Positions 24,305 to 33,483 of a stretch of DNA of 64,000 nucleotides are shown in pieces. This stretch comes from Alphaproteobacteria bacterium (GTDB taxonomy: Bacteria; Pseudomonadota; Alphaproteobacteria; SP197): the NCBI GenBank assembly GCA_965228895.1, contig OZ245842.1:3104001-3168000 (forward strand), in the 5' to 3' direction. A model generated the notes under the pieces. That model saw nothing but the letters and a program-made list of their open reading frames with translations, made no database searches and was not told the origin of the DNA. How positions within the stretch are numbered: the stretch's first letter is position 1; the number at the start of each line of letters is the position of its first letter. Position numbers and translations under genes: made by a program.

Positions 24305-25414
24305 ATGGTTGGCCGCGTTAACGACGGCCAGCCCCCTGCCACCGACGGCATGGGCGGCAAGGGCTATTACGACGACCATTCCAGCGCCCAGAAGGACGGC
24401 ATCCGCAGTCAGGAGGCACGTCTGCGCGGTGCCGTGCGCGCGCTCGACCTGAATGGTCAGGAACTGCGCGTCATCGACTACGGCTGCGGGCCCGGCCGCA
24501 ATTCCATGACCGCGTTTCATACGGTCCTGGCCGAAGTGCGGCAGCGCCGGCCCGACATTCATGTTGTCGCCATGCACAACGATCAGATCGGCAACGATTG
24601 GAACGATCTGTTCGCCAACGTGCGCGGACCCGACGGTTATCTGGACGACATCGAGACCATTCGTGTCGAGGCGGCGGTCGGCAGTTTCTTTGGTCCCGTG
24701 GCAAGCCCAGGCGTGATCGACTTCGGTATGTCGTTTGCCGCCGCCCATTGGCTCGATAGCGCGGTCCGGATGCCCGCGCCCGGCAGCCTCTTTTTCTGCG
24801 ATCTGCCGGAACCGGTCAGAAGTGACATCGCGGCAATGGCCGGGCGCAACTGGTCGGTGTTCCTGAAACAGCGTGCCCGCGAACTCAAACCCGGCGGCAT
24901 GCTGGTGATCGACATGCTGTCGGCGGTCGAGGACGCGAGCGACCCGAGCGGCGTCGCGGCCGCCGGCGCCGGTCTCTATCGCGCCATGGGAGAGATCGCC
25001 AACGGCCTTGCCGCGGAAGGCCGCATCGATCGCGGCGCCCTCGATAACTTCATCTTCCCGGTCTACTTCCGTCTGACCGGTGAGATACGCGCGCCGCTTG
25101 TCGATGACGCCGAACTGAAGAACGCCTTCGAGGTCATCGAACTGAGCAACGACCTTCTACCGATGCCGACCGAGGAAGCGCTCAAGCAGACAGGCGACGC
25201 GGCGACCTATGCCAAGGCCTATGCCGGTTTTGCCCGCGCGTTCGCCGAAGCGACGTTGAATGCCGGCCTGTTCACGCTATCGACAGCGAACGAGACCGAG
25301 GCCAAGGCCCTGGCCGATACGTTTTTCCAACGCCTTGAAACCCTGTTCGCGACCGAACCCGACAAACACCGCTTCGACCACCGTGTCGCCACGTTGGTGT
25401 TGAGACGTCTGTGA
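24305..25414 (+). CDS. SABATH-type (Methyltransf_7) SAM-dependent methyltransferase, copy 1
   Basis: GMGGKGYYDDHSSAQ, DYGCGPGRNS, HNDQIGNDWNDLF, GSFF, SFAAAHWL, FLKQRARELKPGG, FIFPVYFR. Confidence 0.85.
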   Translation: MVGRVNDGQPPATDGMGGKGYYDDHSSAQKDGIRSQEARLRGAVRALDLNGQELRVIDYGCGPGRNSMTAFHTVLAEVRQRRPDIHVVAMHNDQIGNDWNDLFANVRGPDGYLDDIETIRVEAAVGSFFGPVASPGVIDFGMSFAAAHWLDSAVRMPAPGSLFFCDLPEPVRSDIAAMAGRNWSVFLKQRARELKPGGMLVIDMLSAVEDASDPSGVAAAGAGLYRAMGEIANGLAAEGRIDRGALDNFIFPVYFRLTGEIRAPLVDDAELKNAFEVIELSNDLLPMPTEEALKQTGDAATYAKAYAGFARAFAEATLNAGLFTLSTANETEAKALADTFFQRLETLFATEPDKHRFDHRVATLVLRRL

Positions 25415-26526
25415 CGTCGGGAAGCGGCATAGGCGATCGCGATGCCTCGGCCACCGAAGGTATGGGCGGCGACGGTTACTACGACAACCATTCGCAGGTT
25501 CAAAGAGGCACGGTCATCGGACAAGCCGAGCGATTGCGCAACGCCGTGCGCCAACTCGAGCTGACGGCGGGTGGACTGCGTATCGTTGATTACGGCTGCG
25601 GTCCCGGCCGCAACTCCATGGCTGCGTTCGATACGGTGTTAAACGAAGTCGGGAAACATCGGCCCGACGTACCGGTCGTCGCCGTGCACAACGATCAGGC
25701 CGGCAATGACTGGAACGACCTGTTCGCCAACATCCGAGGGCCCGATGGGTATCTGCGCGATCACCCCTCCGTCCGCGTCGAGGCGTCCGTCGGTAGTTTC
25801 TATGAACCCGTTGCTAGCGCCGGCCAGGTTGATCTCGGTATGTCGTTCATGGCCGTTCACTGGCTCAACGGCACCGTCCGCATGTCGTCGCCCGGCACAC
25901 TGTTCTTCTGCGATGTCGAAGGACCAGCGCGAAAGGAACTTGCCGAGCGCGCCGAGCGCGACTGGGCAGCGTTCTTTACCGCGCGGGCCAGCGAGATAAG
26001 GTCCGGCGGCTGGCTGGTCATCGAGAGCCTGTCGTCAGTACCGGATCCCGACGACCCCAGCGGCTTGCTGGCGGCGGGTCGATGGAACTATCGCGCCTGC
26101 TACCGGATCGCCAAAGCGATGGCTGAGGAAGGTCTGATCCAAAACGATCTGCTCGATCATTTCGTCTTCCCCGTCTACTTCCGTGAAGAGCACGAGGTGT
26201 GCGCGCCGTTCGAGCGCGATGGTGATCTTAGAGACGTTTTCGAGATCGTCGAGGTTGTCAATGAGCTCTACGCGACGCCGTTCGAAGAAACCTTCAAACA
26301 GGACGGCGATGCCGCGGCGTATGCATCGGCCTATGTCGGATACGTCCGCGCTTACTCAGAGTCCACGCTGCGCAGCAGCCTATTCGGGGGATTGGCAAAC
26401 AGCGTAGACGAGGTCAACGCGTTGACAGAGACGTTCTACGATCGCCTGGAACAACTGTATCGAGACGAACCGGGCCGCCACCCATCGGAAACCCAGTCGA
26501 TGACCCTGGTGCTGCGGCGGCGATGA
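25411..26526 (+). CDS. SABATH-type SAM-dependent methyltransferase, copy 2
   Basis: GMGGDGYYDNHSQVQ, DYGCGPGRNS, HNDQAGNDWNDLF, GSFY, SFMAVHWL; GTGA overlap with copy 1. Confidence 0.85.
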   Translation: MTSGSGIGDRDASATEGMGGDGYYDNHSQVQRGTVIGQAERLRNAVRQLELTAGGLRIVDYGCGPGRNSMAAFDTVLNEVGKHRPDVPVVAVHNDQAGNDWNDLFANIRGPDGYLRDHPSVRVEASVGSFYEPVASAGQVDLGMSFMAVHWLNGTVRMSSPGTLFFCDVEGPARKELAERAERDWAAFFTARASEIRSGGWLVIESLSSVPDPDDPSGLLAAGRWNYRACYRIAKAMAEEGLIQNDLLDHFVFPVYFREEHEVCAPFERDGDLRDVFEIVEVVNELYATPFEETFKQDGDAAAYASAYVGYVRAYSESTLRSSLFGGLANSVDEVNALTETFYDRLEQLYRDEPGRHPSETQSMTLVLRRR

Positions 26527-27638
26527 CCACAGCCGCCGACGACAAACCGCCACGCACACAGGCCACCGACGGGATGGGCGGTCAGGGCTTTTACGACGGC
26601 CACTCGCGCGAGCAGGCCAAGGTGATCAGGGGTGAAGCCGATCGCCTGCACCACGTGGCGGCGCAGCTTGATGCGTCGGGCCCGGAACTGCGCATCGTCG
26701 ACTATGGTTGCGGGCCCGGCCGCAATTCGATGAAGGCGTTTCACACAGTGCTCGACACGGTGCGGCGGAACAAAACCGACTTGCCCATCGTCGCGGTCCA
26801 CAACGATCAGGTCAGCAACGACTGGAACGATCTTTTCGCCAACGTCAGGGGACCGGGCGGTTATCTGCGCGGCGATCCCTACGTTCGTGTCGAAGCCTCG
26901 ATCGGCAGCTTCTACGACAGTGTCGCAAGCGATGGCACCGTCGACCTCGGCATGTCGTTTGTTGCGGCCCACTGGCTTAGCAACGTTGTCCGCCTGTCCA
27001 CACCGGGAACGCTGTTCTTCGCCGATCTGACCGGGCAGGCGCGCCAAGAGATGGCCGCTCATGCCGACAAGGACTGGACATCATTCCTGCGTCATCGCGC
27101 GCAGGAGATCAAACCGGGCGGCTGGCTCGTTGTGCACGTGTTTTCGTCGGTGCCGGACACTGATGATCCCAGCGGCTTGCGGGCCGCGGGCCGCCATCTG
27201 TTCCGTGCGTTCTGGCGGATCGCCGATGGCATGGCCGGCGACGGTATGATCGACCGGGACCTGCTCGACAGGTTCGTCTTCCCCGTTTACTTCCGCGAAG
27301 AAGATGAGGTGCGCGCACCGCTTGAACGCGAGCAGGACCTTTGCCAAGCGTTCGACATTGTCGAACTCAGCAGCGAACTCATCCCTTCTCCCGCCCTGGA
27401 AGAGCTTGATCGAACCGGCGACGTCAGCGCTTATGCGGTTTCCTATGCCCAACACTGCCGGGCCTTTACGGAGTCGGCGTTCAGCAATGGCTTGTTTGCG
27501 GTGACGGCGTCGAGCCCGGCCGAAGCCGATCGTCTGGTCGATGACTTCTATGGTCGGCTCGAAACCCTGTTTCACGACGAACCCCGCGCGCATGACTCCG
27601 AACTCCAATCGATGACACTGGTGCTGAGGCGGCGGTAG
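26523..27638 (+). CDS. SABATH-type SAM-dependent methyltransferase, copy 3
   Basis: GMGGQGFYDGHSREQ, DYGCGPGRNS, HNDQVSNDWNDLF, GSFY, SFVAAHWLS; ATGA overlap with copy 2. Confidence 0.85.
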   Translation: MTTAADDKPPRTQATDGMGGQGFYDGHSREQAKVIRGEADRLHHVAAQLDASGPELRIVDYGCGPGRNSMKAFHTVLDTVRRNKTDLPIVAVHNDQVSNDWNDLFANVRGPGGYLRGDPYVRVEASIGSFYDSVASDGTVDLGMSFVAAHWLSNVVRLSTPGTLFFADLTGQARQEMAAHADKDWTSFLRHRAQEIKPGGWLVVHVFSSVPDTDDPSGLRAAGRHLFRAFWRIADGMAGDGMIDRDLLDRFVFPVYFREEDEVRAPLEREQDLCQAFDIVELSSELIPSPALEELDRTGDVSAYAVSYAQHCRAFTESAFSNGLFAVTASSPAEADRLVDDFYGRLETLFHDEPRAHDSELQSMTLVLRRR

Positions 27639-27670
27639 TCTAGAACCGGCAAAAGGGAGCGCAGACATCC

Positions 27671-28777
27671 ATGGCAACCGGCACCGACAATGGCAGCAAA
27701 GCGACCGACGGCATGGGCGGCGAAGGCTATTACGACAGCCATTCGGCGATCCAGGCGGGCGCCGTCGAACAACAGGCGGCACGACTGCGCCGCGCCGTCG
27801 CGGCGCTGAATCTCGACGGGCCGGAACTCACCATCATTGATTACGGTTGCGGTCCCGGCCGCAATTCGATGGCGGCGTTTCGCGCGGTGCTCGACGAGGT
27901 TCGCCAGCGCCGGGCCGACCTGCCCATCGTCGCCGTGCACACCGATCAGATCAGCAACGATTGGAACGACCTGGTCGCGAACATCCAGGGGCCTGGCGGT
28001 TATCTGAACGATGTCGAGGGTGTGCGCGTCGTTGTTTCGGCCGGCAGCTTTTTCGACACCGTCGCCAGCGATCATTCGATCGACCTCGGCATGTCGTTCA
28101 TGGCCTCACACTGGCTCGACGGTCCCATCAGCCTGCCCTCACCCGGCACGCTCTTCTTCGCCGACATGACGGGCACGGCACGCGAGGAGGTCGCGGCCAT
28201 CGCCGACGAGCACTGGACGCGCTTCATGCACCACCGTGCGCGCGAGGTCAAACCGGGCGGCTGGCTTGTCTTCGAAGCGATGTCGGCGATCAAAGACCCC
28301 ACCGACCGGAGCGGCCTCGCCGCCGGCGGCCACCGTCTTTACCGCGCCTTCTGGCAAATCGCCGACGGCATGGCGCAGGAGGGGCTGGTCGAGCGCGCCC
28401 ATCTCGACGCCTTTGTCTTCCCGATCTATTTCCGCGAGCTCCATGAGATCCGTGCGCCGCTGGAACGCGAAGCCGACCTGAAGGCCGCGTTCGAGATCGT
28501 CGAATTGGAAAGCGAGCTGATCCCCAACCCCTATGTGGAGGCGTGGCGCCGCGACGGTGACGATACGGCTTATGCCAAAGCCTATGCCGCATTCGCGCGC
28601 GGCTTTTCGGAGTCCGCCTTCCGCAACGGGCTGTTCAACCTGTCGGCCAATTCCGACAACAGCGCCGATGCCCTGACCGAGACGTTCTACACGCGCCTTG
28701 AAGACGTGTTCCGCGCCGAACCCGGCGACCACATCTTCGACAACCACTCGATGACGCTGGTGCTAAGGCGGCGTTAA
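27671..28777 (+). CDS. SABATH-type SAM-dependent methyltransferase, copy 4
   Basis: GMGGEGYYDSHSAIQ, DYGCGPGRNS, HTDQISNDWNDL, GSFF, SFMASHWL; own RBS AGGGAG. Confidence 0.85.
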   Translation: MATGTDNGSKATDGMGGEGYYDSHSAIQAGAVEQQAARLRRAVAALNLDGPELTIIDYGCGPGRNSMAAFRAVLDEVRQRRADLPIVAVHTDQISNDWNDLVANIQGPGGYLNDVEGVRVVVSAGSFFDTVASDHSIDLGMSFMASHWLDGPISLPSPGTLFFADMTGTAREEVAAIADEHWTRFMHHRAREVKPGGWLVFEAMSAIKDPTDRSGLAAGGHRLYRAFWQIADGMAQEGLVERAHLDAFVFPIYFRELHEIRAPLEREADLKAAFEIVELESELIPNPYVEAWRRDGDDTAYAKAYAAFARGFSESAFRNGLFNLSANSDNSADALTETFYTRLEDVFRAEPGDHIFDNHSMTLVLRRR

Positions 28778-29628
28778 ACGTACGCCATATCGTACGCGTC
28801 CTGCCGCCTGACCACGTGACCGATCGACGGCAGCGGGAAGTGGATGGTCATGACCTTCGTGTCGGTCTCACAGTGTGTATCGAGAAAACGCCGGCGCGTC
28901 GCGCGTGATTGTTCGATGTCGTAGTCGAAATGCGGACTCCAGTCGGGTTGGGCGAGCTGCAGGGGGCTGTGAATGAGGTCGCCGGTGACGACGCCGTGGG
29001 CCGATCCCGATTTCAGGTGGACGGCGACGTGGCCCGCCGTGTGGCCCAGCGTCGGTTCGAGCCACACCTCGTCGTCCAGCGCGTAGTCGGTGTCGACCAG
29101 CACGGCCTGCTTGGCGTCGAGCACCGGCTGCACGTTTTCGGCGAAGACGGCCGTGCCCTCGTCAGCGGCGGCGGCGACTTCGTCACGTGCCAGGATGTAT
29201 TTGGCGTTGGGAAATGTCGGCACCCAACGCCCGTCGACGAGACGCGTGTTCCAGCCTGAGTGGTCGAGATGCAGGTGCGTACAGAAGACGAAGTCGATCT
29301 CTTCGGGCGCAACACCGGTCGCCACGAGATTGCGCAGCCAGGTCTCGTCGCGCCGGTCCTGCCATGCAGGAATGCCGTCATAGGACTTGCGGCAGCCAAC
29401 GCAGGTGTCGATCAGGATGGTGTGGTGGCGCGTGCGCACCAGATAAGACTGGACGGTCAGCAGCATCTCGCCGGTCTTGGGATCGAGCGCGTCGGGTTCC
29501 AGCCAGGACCGGTAGGGTTCGACCGCGTCGGGCGTCGCCTCGTGAAAGAAGTCCGGCAGCACGAACGGCGCCTTCTCCATTTCGATGACGCGATCGATGG
29601 CGATCTCGCCCAAATTCAGCGTTGTCAA
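28774..29628 (-). CDS. MBL-fold metallo-hydrolase
   Basis: THLHLDHSGWNT, GHTAGH, GDLIHSP; TTG start after GGGGAGGGG. Confidence 0.88.
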   Translation of the reverse strand: MTTLNLGEIAIDRVIEMEKAPFVLPDFFHEATPDAVEPYRSWLEPDALDPKTGEMLLTVQSYLVRTRHHTILIDTCVGCRKSYDGIPAWQDRRDETWLRNLVATGVAPEEIDFVFCTHLHLDHSGWNTRLVDGRWVPTFPNAKYILARDEVAAAADEGTAVFAENVQPVLDAKQAVLVDTDYALDDEVWLEPTLGHTAGHVAVHLKSGSAHGVVTGDLIHSPLQLAQPDWSPHFDYDIEQSRATRRRFLDTHCETDTKVMTIHFPLPSIGHVVRRQDAYDMAYV

Positions 29629-29677
29629 AGGCCCCTCCCCTGACGCGTTGTCGAAGCGATGATGCTGTCGTCGTCGC

Positions 29678-30262
29678 TCAGTCGGCCTCACCGCCCTCTG
29701 CGGTTTCCGGTAGCATGTGTCGTTTGATGAGCCCGATCTGGCACATGCCGAACGCCATGGTCAGTAAGACGATGCCGAAGGTCTTGAACCCGACCCAGAT
29801 ATCGGTCGACTGGGTGCGCCACACCACCTCGTTAATACCGGCCATGACCAGAAAGAAGATCGCGAAGCGCATCGAAAGCTTGCGCCAGCCGTCATCGTCC
29901 AATTGCAGCGCCGCGCCCATCAGCGGTTTCAGCAACGACTTGCCCATCAGCAGGCCGCCGAACAGCACGGCAGCAAACAGCGCCTGGATAATTGTCGGCT
30001 TGAGTTTGATGAAGGTCTCGTCGTTCAGCCACAAGGTCAGTCCGCCGAAGATGCCGACGATGATTGCGGTGACCAGCGGCAGCATCGGGATGTGGCGCGC
30101 GATAGCGTAGGAAAGCGCCAGGGCGATGCCGGTCGCGGTCATCAAGGCGGCGGTCGCCACCATCAGATCGCCGAGCACATAGGCAACGACAAAGACGACC
30201 AGCGGGCCGTATTCGGTGACCGGCTTCAGCCAGGCCGGTTGTTTTGGTTTTTCTTGCGTCAT
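29678..30262 (-). CDS. yciB: Inner membrane protein YciB (septation protein A/IspZ)
   Basis: EYGPLVVF, FGGLTLWLNDETFIKLKPTII, NEVVWRTQSTDIWVGFKTFG. Confidence 0.92.
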   Translation of the reverse strand: MTQEKPKQPAWLKPVTEYGPLVVFVVAYVLGDLMVATAALMTATGIALALSYAIARHIPMLPLVTAIIVGIFGGLTLWLNDETFIKLKPTIIQALFAAVLFGGLLMGKSLLKPLMGAALQLDDDGWRKLSMRFAIFFLVMAGINEVVWRTQSTDIWVGFKTFGIVLLTMAFGMCQIGLIKRHMLPETAEGGEAD

Positions 30263-30318
30263 GGTCCGCACAATATTGGAGACTGGGGCGTCGCGGGCAA
30301 GGATTGATCAGCCCACGA

Positions 30319-31245
30319 TTACGTCACCCGAAGGTTGGGCATGATCTCCTGGCACCACAGCGACAGGTGGTCGGCGACGAAGAAGCCCGGTGATCCGCCG
30401 TGTTCGTCTGGCCTGGTGGCCGCCCACCAGACGATGTCGCATGTCTTGCCGTCGAGCGGCAGAACGGCCACCTGTCCGCCGCGCCGCAGGGTTTCAGCGT
30501 CACGCGCGCCGACCAGGCTAATACCCAGGCCCGCCGCGACATAAGCCAGCACGCCGTCGGCCGATGCCGCCTTCAGCACCTGCGCCGGGGCAACGTCGGC
30601 GTCCGACAACAACGCCTGATGGGCAATGCTGCGCTCGAAGACCGGGGCGGCACTGACATAGGTTTCGCCTGCGATCATATCCGCATCGAATGCCTGTTGC
30701 GCCGCCAGCGCGTGATCGGCAGGCACGATGGCGACCAGGGTGTCGCGAAAGAGTTCGAAGTTCTGCCGGCCCGCGGGTTTTGCCGCGCCGTGACCGATGA
30801 CGACATCGGCTGTACCGCGCGCCAGCGCCTCGGCTGGTGTGTGCAGCGCGGCAGGCACCAGGTCGATCGTGATCTCACCGTTACGTTCGGCCAAGAACCT
30901 GACGAAGGACGGCAGCCAGGACGGGCACAGGCGATCGGCAACGCCGACCCTGACGACATAATGGATGCCGCCGGCGAAACGGTGGACGTCGTGCTCGGCG
31001 CGCGCCAGTTCGTCCAGCACGCGCCGCGCCGACGGCAGCAGGCGTTCGGCGGACGGCGTCATGCGCAGGCGCTTACCCCGCCCCTTGACGAACAACGGCG
31101 CCCCCAGCCTGCGCTCAGCCTCGCGCAGGCGGTAGGTCAGCGCCGGTTGGGTGACGCCAAGATCCTGGGCCGCGTTGTTCAGGCTGCCGCTGTCGGCAAC
31201 CGCGACGAGCAGCTCCAGATGGGGCACATCGAGCGCAGTGGGCAT
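30319..31245 (-). CDS. LysR-family transcriptional regulator
   Basis: LVAVADSGSLNNAAQDLGVTQPALTYRLREAERRLG. Confidence 0.9.
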   Translation of the reverse strand: MPTALDVPHLELLVAVADSGSLNNAAQDLGVTQPALTYRLREAERRLGAPLFVKGRGKRLRMTPSAERLLPSARRVLDELARAEHDVHRFAGGIHYVVRVGVADRLCPSWLPSFVRFLAERNGEITIDLVPAALHTPAEALARGTADVVIGHGAAKPAGRQNFELFRDTLVAIVPADHALAAQQAFDADMIAGETYVSAAPVFERSIAHQALLSDADVAPAQVLKAASADGVLAYVAAGLGISLVGARDAETLRRGGQVAVLPLDGKTCDIVWWAATRPDEHGGSPGFFVADHLSLWCQEIMPNLRVT

Positions 31246-31255
31246 ACCCCACGTT

Positions 31256-31270
31256 ATCAGGAATACTGAT
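31256..31270. promoter_or_regulatory. Putative LysR binding site
   Basis: ATCAG-GAATA-CTGAT dyad containing T-N11-A in an AT-rich divergent promoter. Confidence 0.55.
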
Positions 31271-31357
31271 TATTTCTTATTAAATTTCGATTAGAAACAG
31301 CGAGGCTGCCGGCCCTAGCTTTCGTTCCAACGGCGGAACCGAAAGCTGGAAGTCATC

Positions 31358-31822
31358 ATGACGGCTACCCTTACCATTGACCAAGCGAGCGCCGAAGACG
31401 CCGCCGTTGTCGCCGATTTTGTCACCCGACTGCTGGCCGAGCTCTTCGACAGCGTGCGCGACGCCGCCGAGATGGAAGCGACCGCGCGCAATCTCTTGGC
31501 GCGCCCGGACCTGTTCACGGCGCTCATCGCGCGGCGCGACGACCGGCCGGTCGGGGTTTTGACTCTGGCGACCTGCGTTTCAGTCTATGCCGGCGGACAG
31601 TTCGGCGAAATTGCCGAGTTGTGCGTCAACCCAGACGAACGCTCAGTCGGGATCGGGGAAGCGCTGATCGCGGCCGCTGCCGCGTATGGGCGTCAACAGG
31701 GATGGTCGCGCCTGGAAGTCGGCGCGCCGCCGGCTGATCGATGGGCGCGCACCGTGGCGTTCTATGAGCGCCACGGCTTTACCGAAATCGGCCCGCGCCT
31801 GGGTCTGACGCTCAACACCTGA
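31358..31822 (+). CDS. GNAT-family acetyltransferase
   Basis: GEIAELCVNPDERSVGIGEALI, FYERHGF. Confidence 0.88.
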   Translation: MTATLTIDQASAEDAAVVADFVTRLLAELFDSVRDAAEMEATARNLLARPDLFTALIARRDDRPVGVLTLATCVSVYAGGQFGEIAELCVNPDERSVGIGEALIAAAAAYGRQQGWSRLEVGAPPADRWARTVAFYERHGFTEIGPRLGLTLNT

Positions 31823-31825
31823 GCG

Positions 31826-32722
31826 ATGACGTCGCAAAGCCAGACGCCGGCGACGGACGCCCATCATCTGCGCGGCATCGGCTGGATCGTCGTCTCGACC
31901 CTGTGTTTCGCCACCGAAGACAGCATCGCCAAGTGGCTGGGCAGCGAGATCGACCCGATCCAGGTTCTGTTTGTCTACGGCCTCGTGTTGTTGGCCTGGG
32001 CCGTGGCGGGCGCGCTTAGGCGCGGTGGCGCGGCGGCGTTGGTGCATCTGCGCGTACGCCGACCCTGGCTTTTGATCCTGCGCTCGCTGGTGTTGCTCGG
32101 CACGTTCCTGGCGTTCATCTATGGCGTCGTCCTGCTGCCTCTGGCCGATGCGGTCGCGATCAGCTTCACGACGCCGCTGCTTGCGACCGTGCTCGCCGCG
32201 GTTGTTCTGAAAGAACAGGTTGCGTTGCGGCAATGGCTGGCGGTCGCCACCGGGCTCGTCGCCGTCGTCTGGATGGTGCAGCCGGGCGCCGGCGTCATCT
32301 CGGCCGGTGCCGCATGGATGTTGTTGAGCGCGCTGCTCGCCGCCATCGACATCATGCTGACGCGCGTTCTGACGCGCAGTGAGAGCAACACGACGATCGT
32401 GCTCGCCCTTGCCCTGACCTTCGTTGTGGTTTTGGGCGCGGCGGTGCCGTTCGTGTGGCAACCGCTGACCCTCATCGATATCGGCTTGATTATCGCCATG
32501 GGCACCGCCGGCATGATGGCGCAGGCAAGCTTCACCCAGGCAAACCGGCGCGCGCCGCCGCAGGTCTTGGCGCCGTTCGACTATCTGATGCTGGTCTGGG
32601 GTGTCTTCTTCGGCTTCGTCATCTGGCGTGAGTGGCCGACGCCGGAGGTGATGGCCGGCGCCGTTGTGTTGATCGCCGTCGGCCTCTATCTGGCGCGCGC
32701 CGAGACCCGCGTCCAGGCCTAG
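31826..32722 (+). CDS. DMT/EamA-family transporter
   Basis: About 10 TMs, LPLADAVAISFTTPL...LKEQV, APFDYLMLVW. Confidence 0.9.
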   Translation: MTSQSQTPATDAHHLRGIGWIVVSTLCFATEDSIAKWLGSEIDPIQVLFVYGLVLLAWAVAGALRRGGAAALVHLRVRRPWLLILRSLVLLGTFLAFIYGVVLLPLADAVAISFTTPLLATVLAAVVLKEQVALRQWLAVATGLVAVVWMVQPGAGVISAGAAWMLLSALLAAIDIMLTRVLTRSESNTTIVLALALTFVVVLGAAVPFVWQPLTLIDIGLIIAMGTAGMMAQASFTQANRRAPPQVLAPFDYLMLVWGVFFGFVIWREWPTPEVMAGAVVLIAVGLYLARAETRVQA

Positions 32723-32753
32723 ATCGCCGCCAACAACGCTTGCTGCGGATTGT

Positions 32754-33461
32754 TTGCAATCGCGCTATAACCCGGCTTGCGGACCGGGCGGGCTCCGCGT
32801 TGCTGGGAAGAAGATCATCGTTGGCTACAAGGTCTCCGACACGTTTGCGCTGCGTTACGCAGCGGTCGTGTCGATCATCGCAAGTTTCTACCGATCGGAA
32901 GCGCGCAAAGGCGGGCCGACCGCCGACATGCTGGCAGACGTCGCGCGCGAACTGGAGCGACTGGCGCCGCCGGAAGCGCCCGAACCATCCCGCCTGCCCG
33001 GCGCCAAACATCTGGCGGCCGCGCTGCCGGAAGCACTGGATGGTCCGATGGCGTCGGTCGTGCACGGCTTCATGGCGATCGAACCGGAGTGCCCGTGGTT
33101 CCAGACGGAGCACTACCGCGCGTCCCTGGGCGACGACTACATGGACAACTACGGCTACGTCACCCTGGTCGGCGACCGCGCGATCCTGAAACACGATCGC
33201 ATCGCCTGCGGCTTCTTCGTCATCGGGCCGGGACGGCACTACCCCGAGCATCACCATGAAGCCGAAGAGATCTATCACCCGCTGTCCGGCGATACGTTGT
33301 GGAGCCAGAATAGCGGGCCTGGGACGGCGCGCGCGATTGGTGAGGCGGTCCACAATCCGCCGTGGCAGCTCCACGAGATGACGACGCGCGAGACGCCGCT
33401 GTTTGCGCTTTATTGTTGGCGCGGGCGCGTGGCCGATCAGGCGCAGTTGACGGATCCCTGA
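32754..33461 (+). CDS. DMSP lyase-family cupin (DddQ/DddL-like); start uncertain, possibly GTG at 32868
   Basis: GFFVIGPGRHYPEHHHEAEEIYHPLSG and HNPPWQLHEMTTRETPLFALYCWRG. Confidence 0.7.
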   Translation: MQSRYNPACGPGGLRVAGKKIIVGYKVSDTFALRYAAVVSIIASFYRSEARKGGPTADMLADVARELERLAPPEAPEPSRLPGAKHLAAALPEALDGPMASVVHGFMAIEPECPWFQTEHYRASLGDDYMDNYGYVTLVGDRAILKHDRIACGFFVIGPGRHYPEHHHEAEEIYHPLSGDTLWSQNSGPGTARAIGEAVHNPPWQLHEMTTRETPLFALYCWRGRVADQAQLTDP

Positions 33462-33483
33462 ACCCCAACGGACGGAGGTGCCC

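Noticed and set aside
24305-28777. Assembly artefact or mobile element as the explanation of the fourfold repeat
   Set aside because: Copies are heavily diverged in DNA and protein yet intact; no terminal repeats or transposase seen
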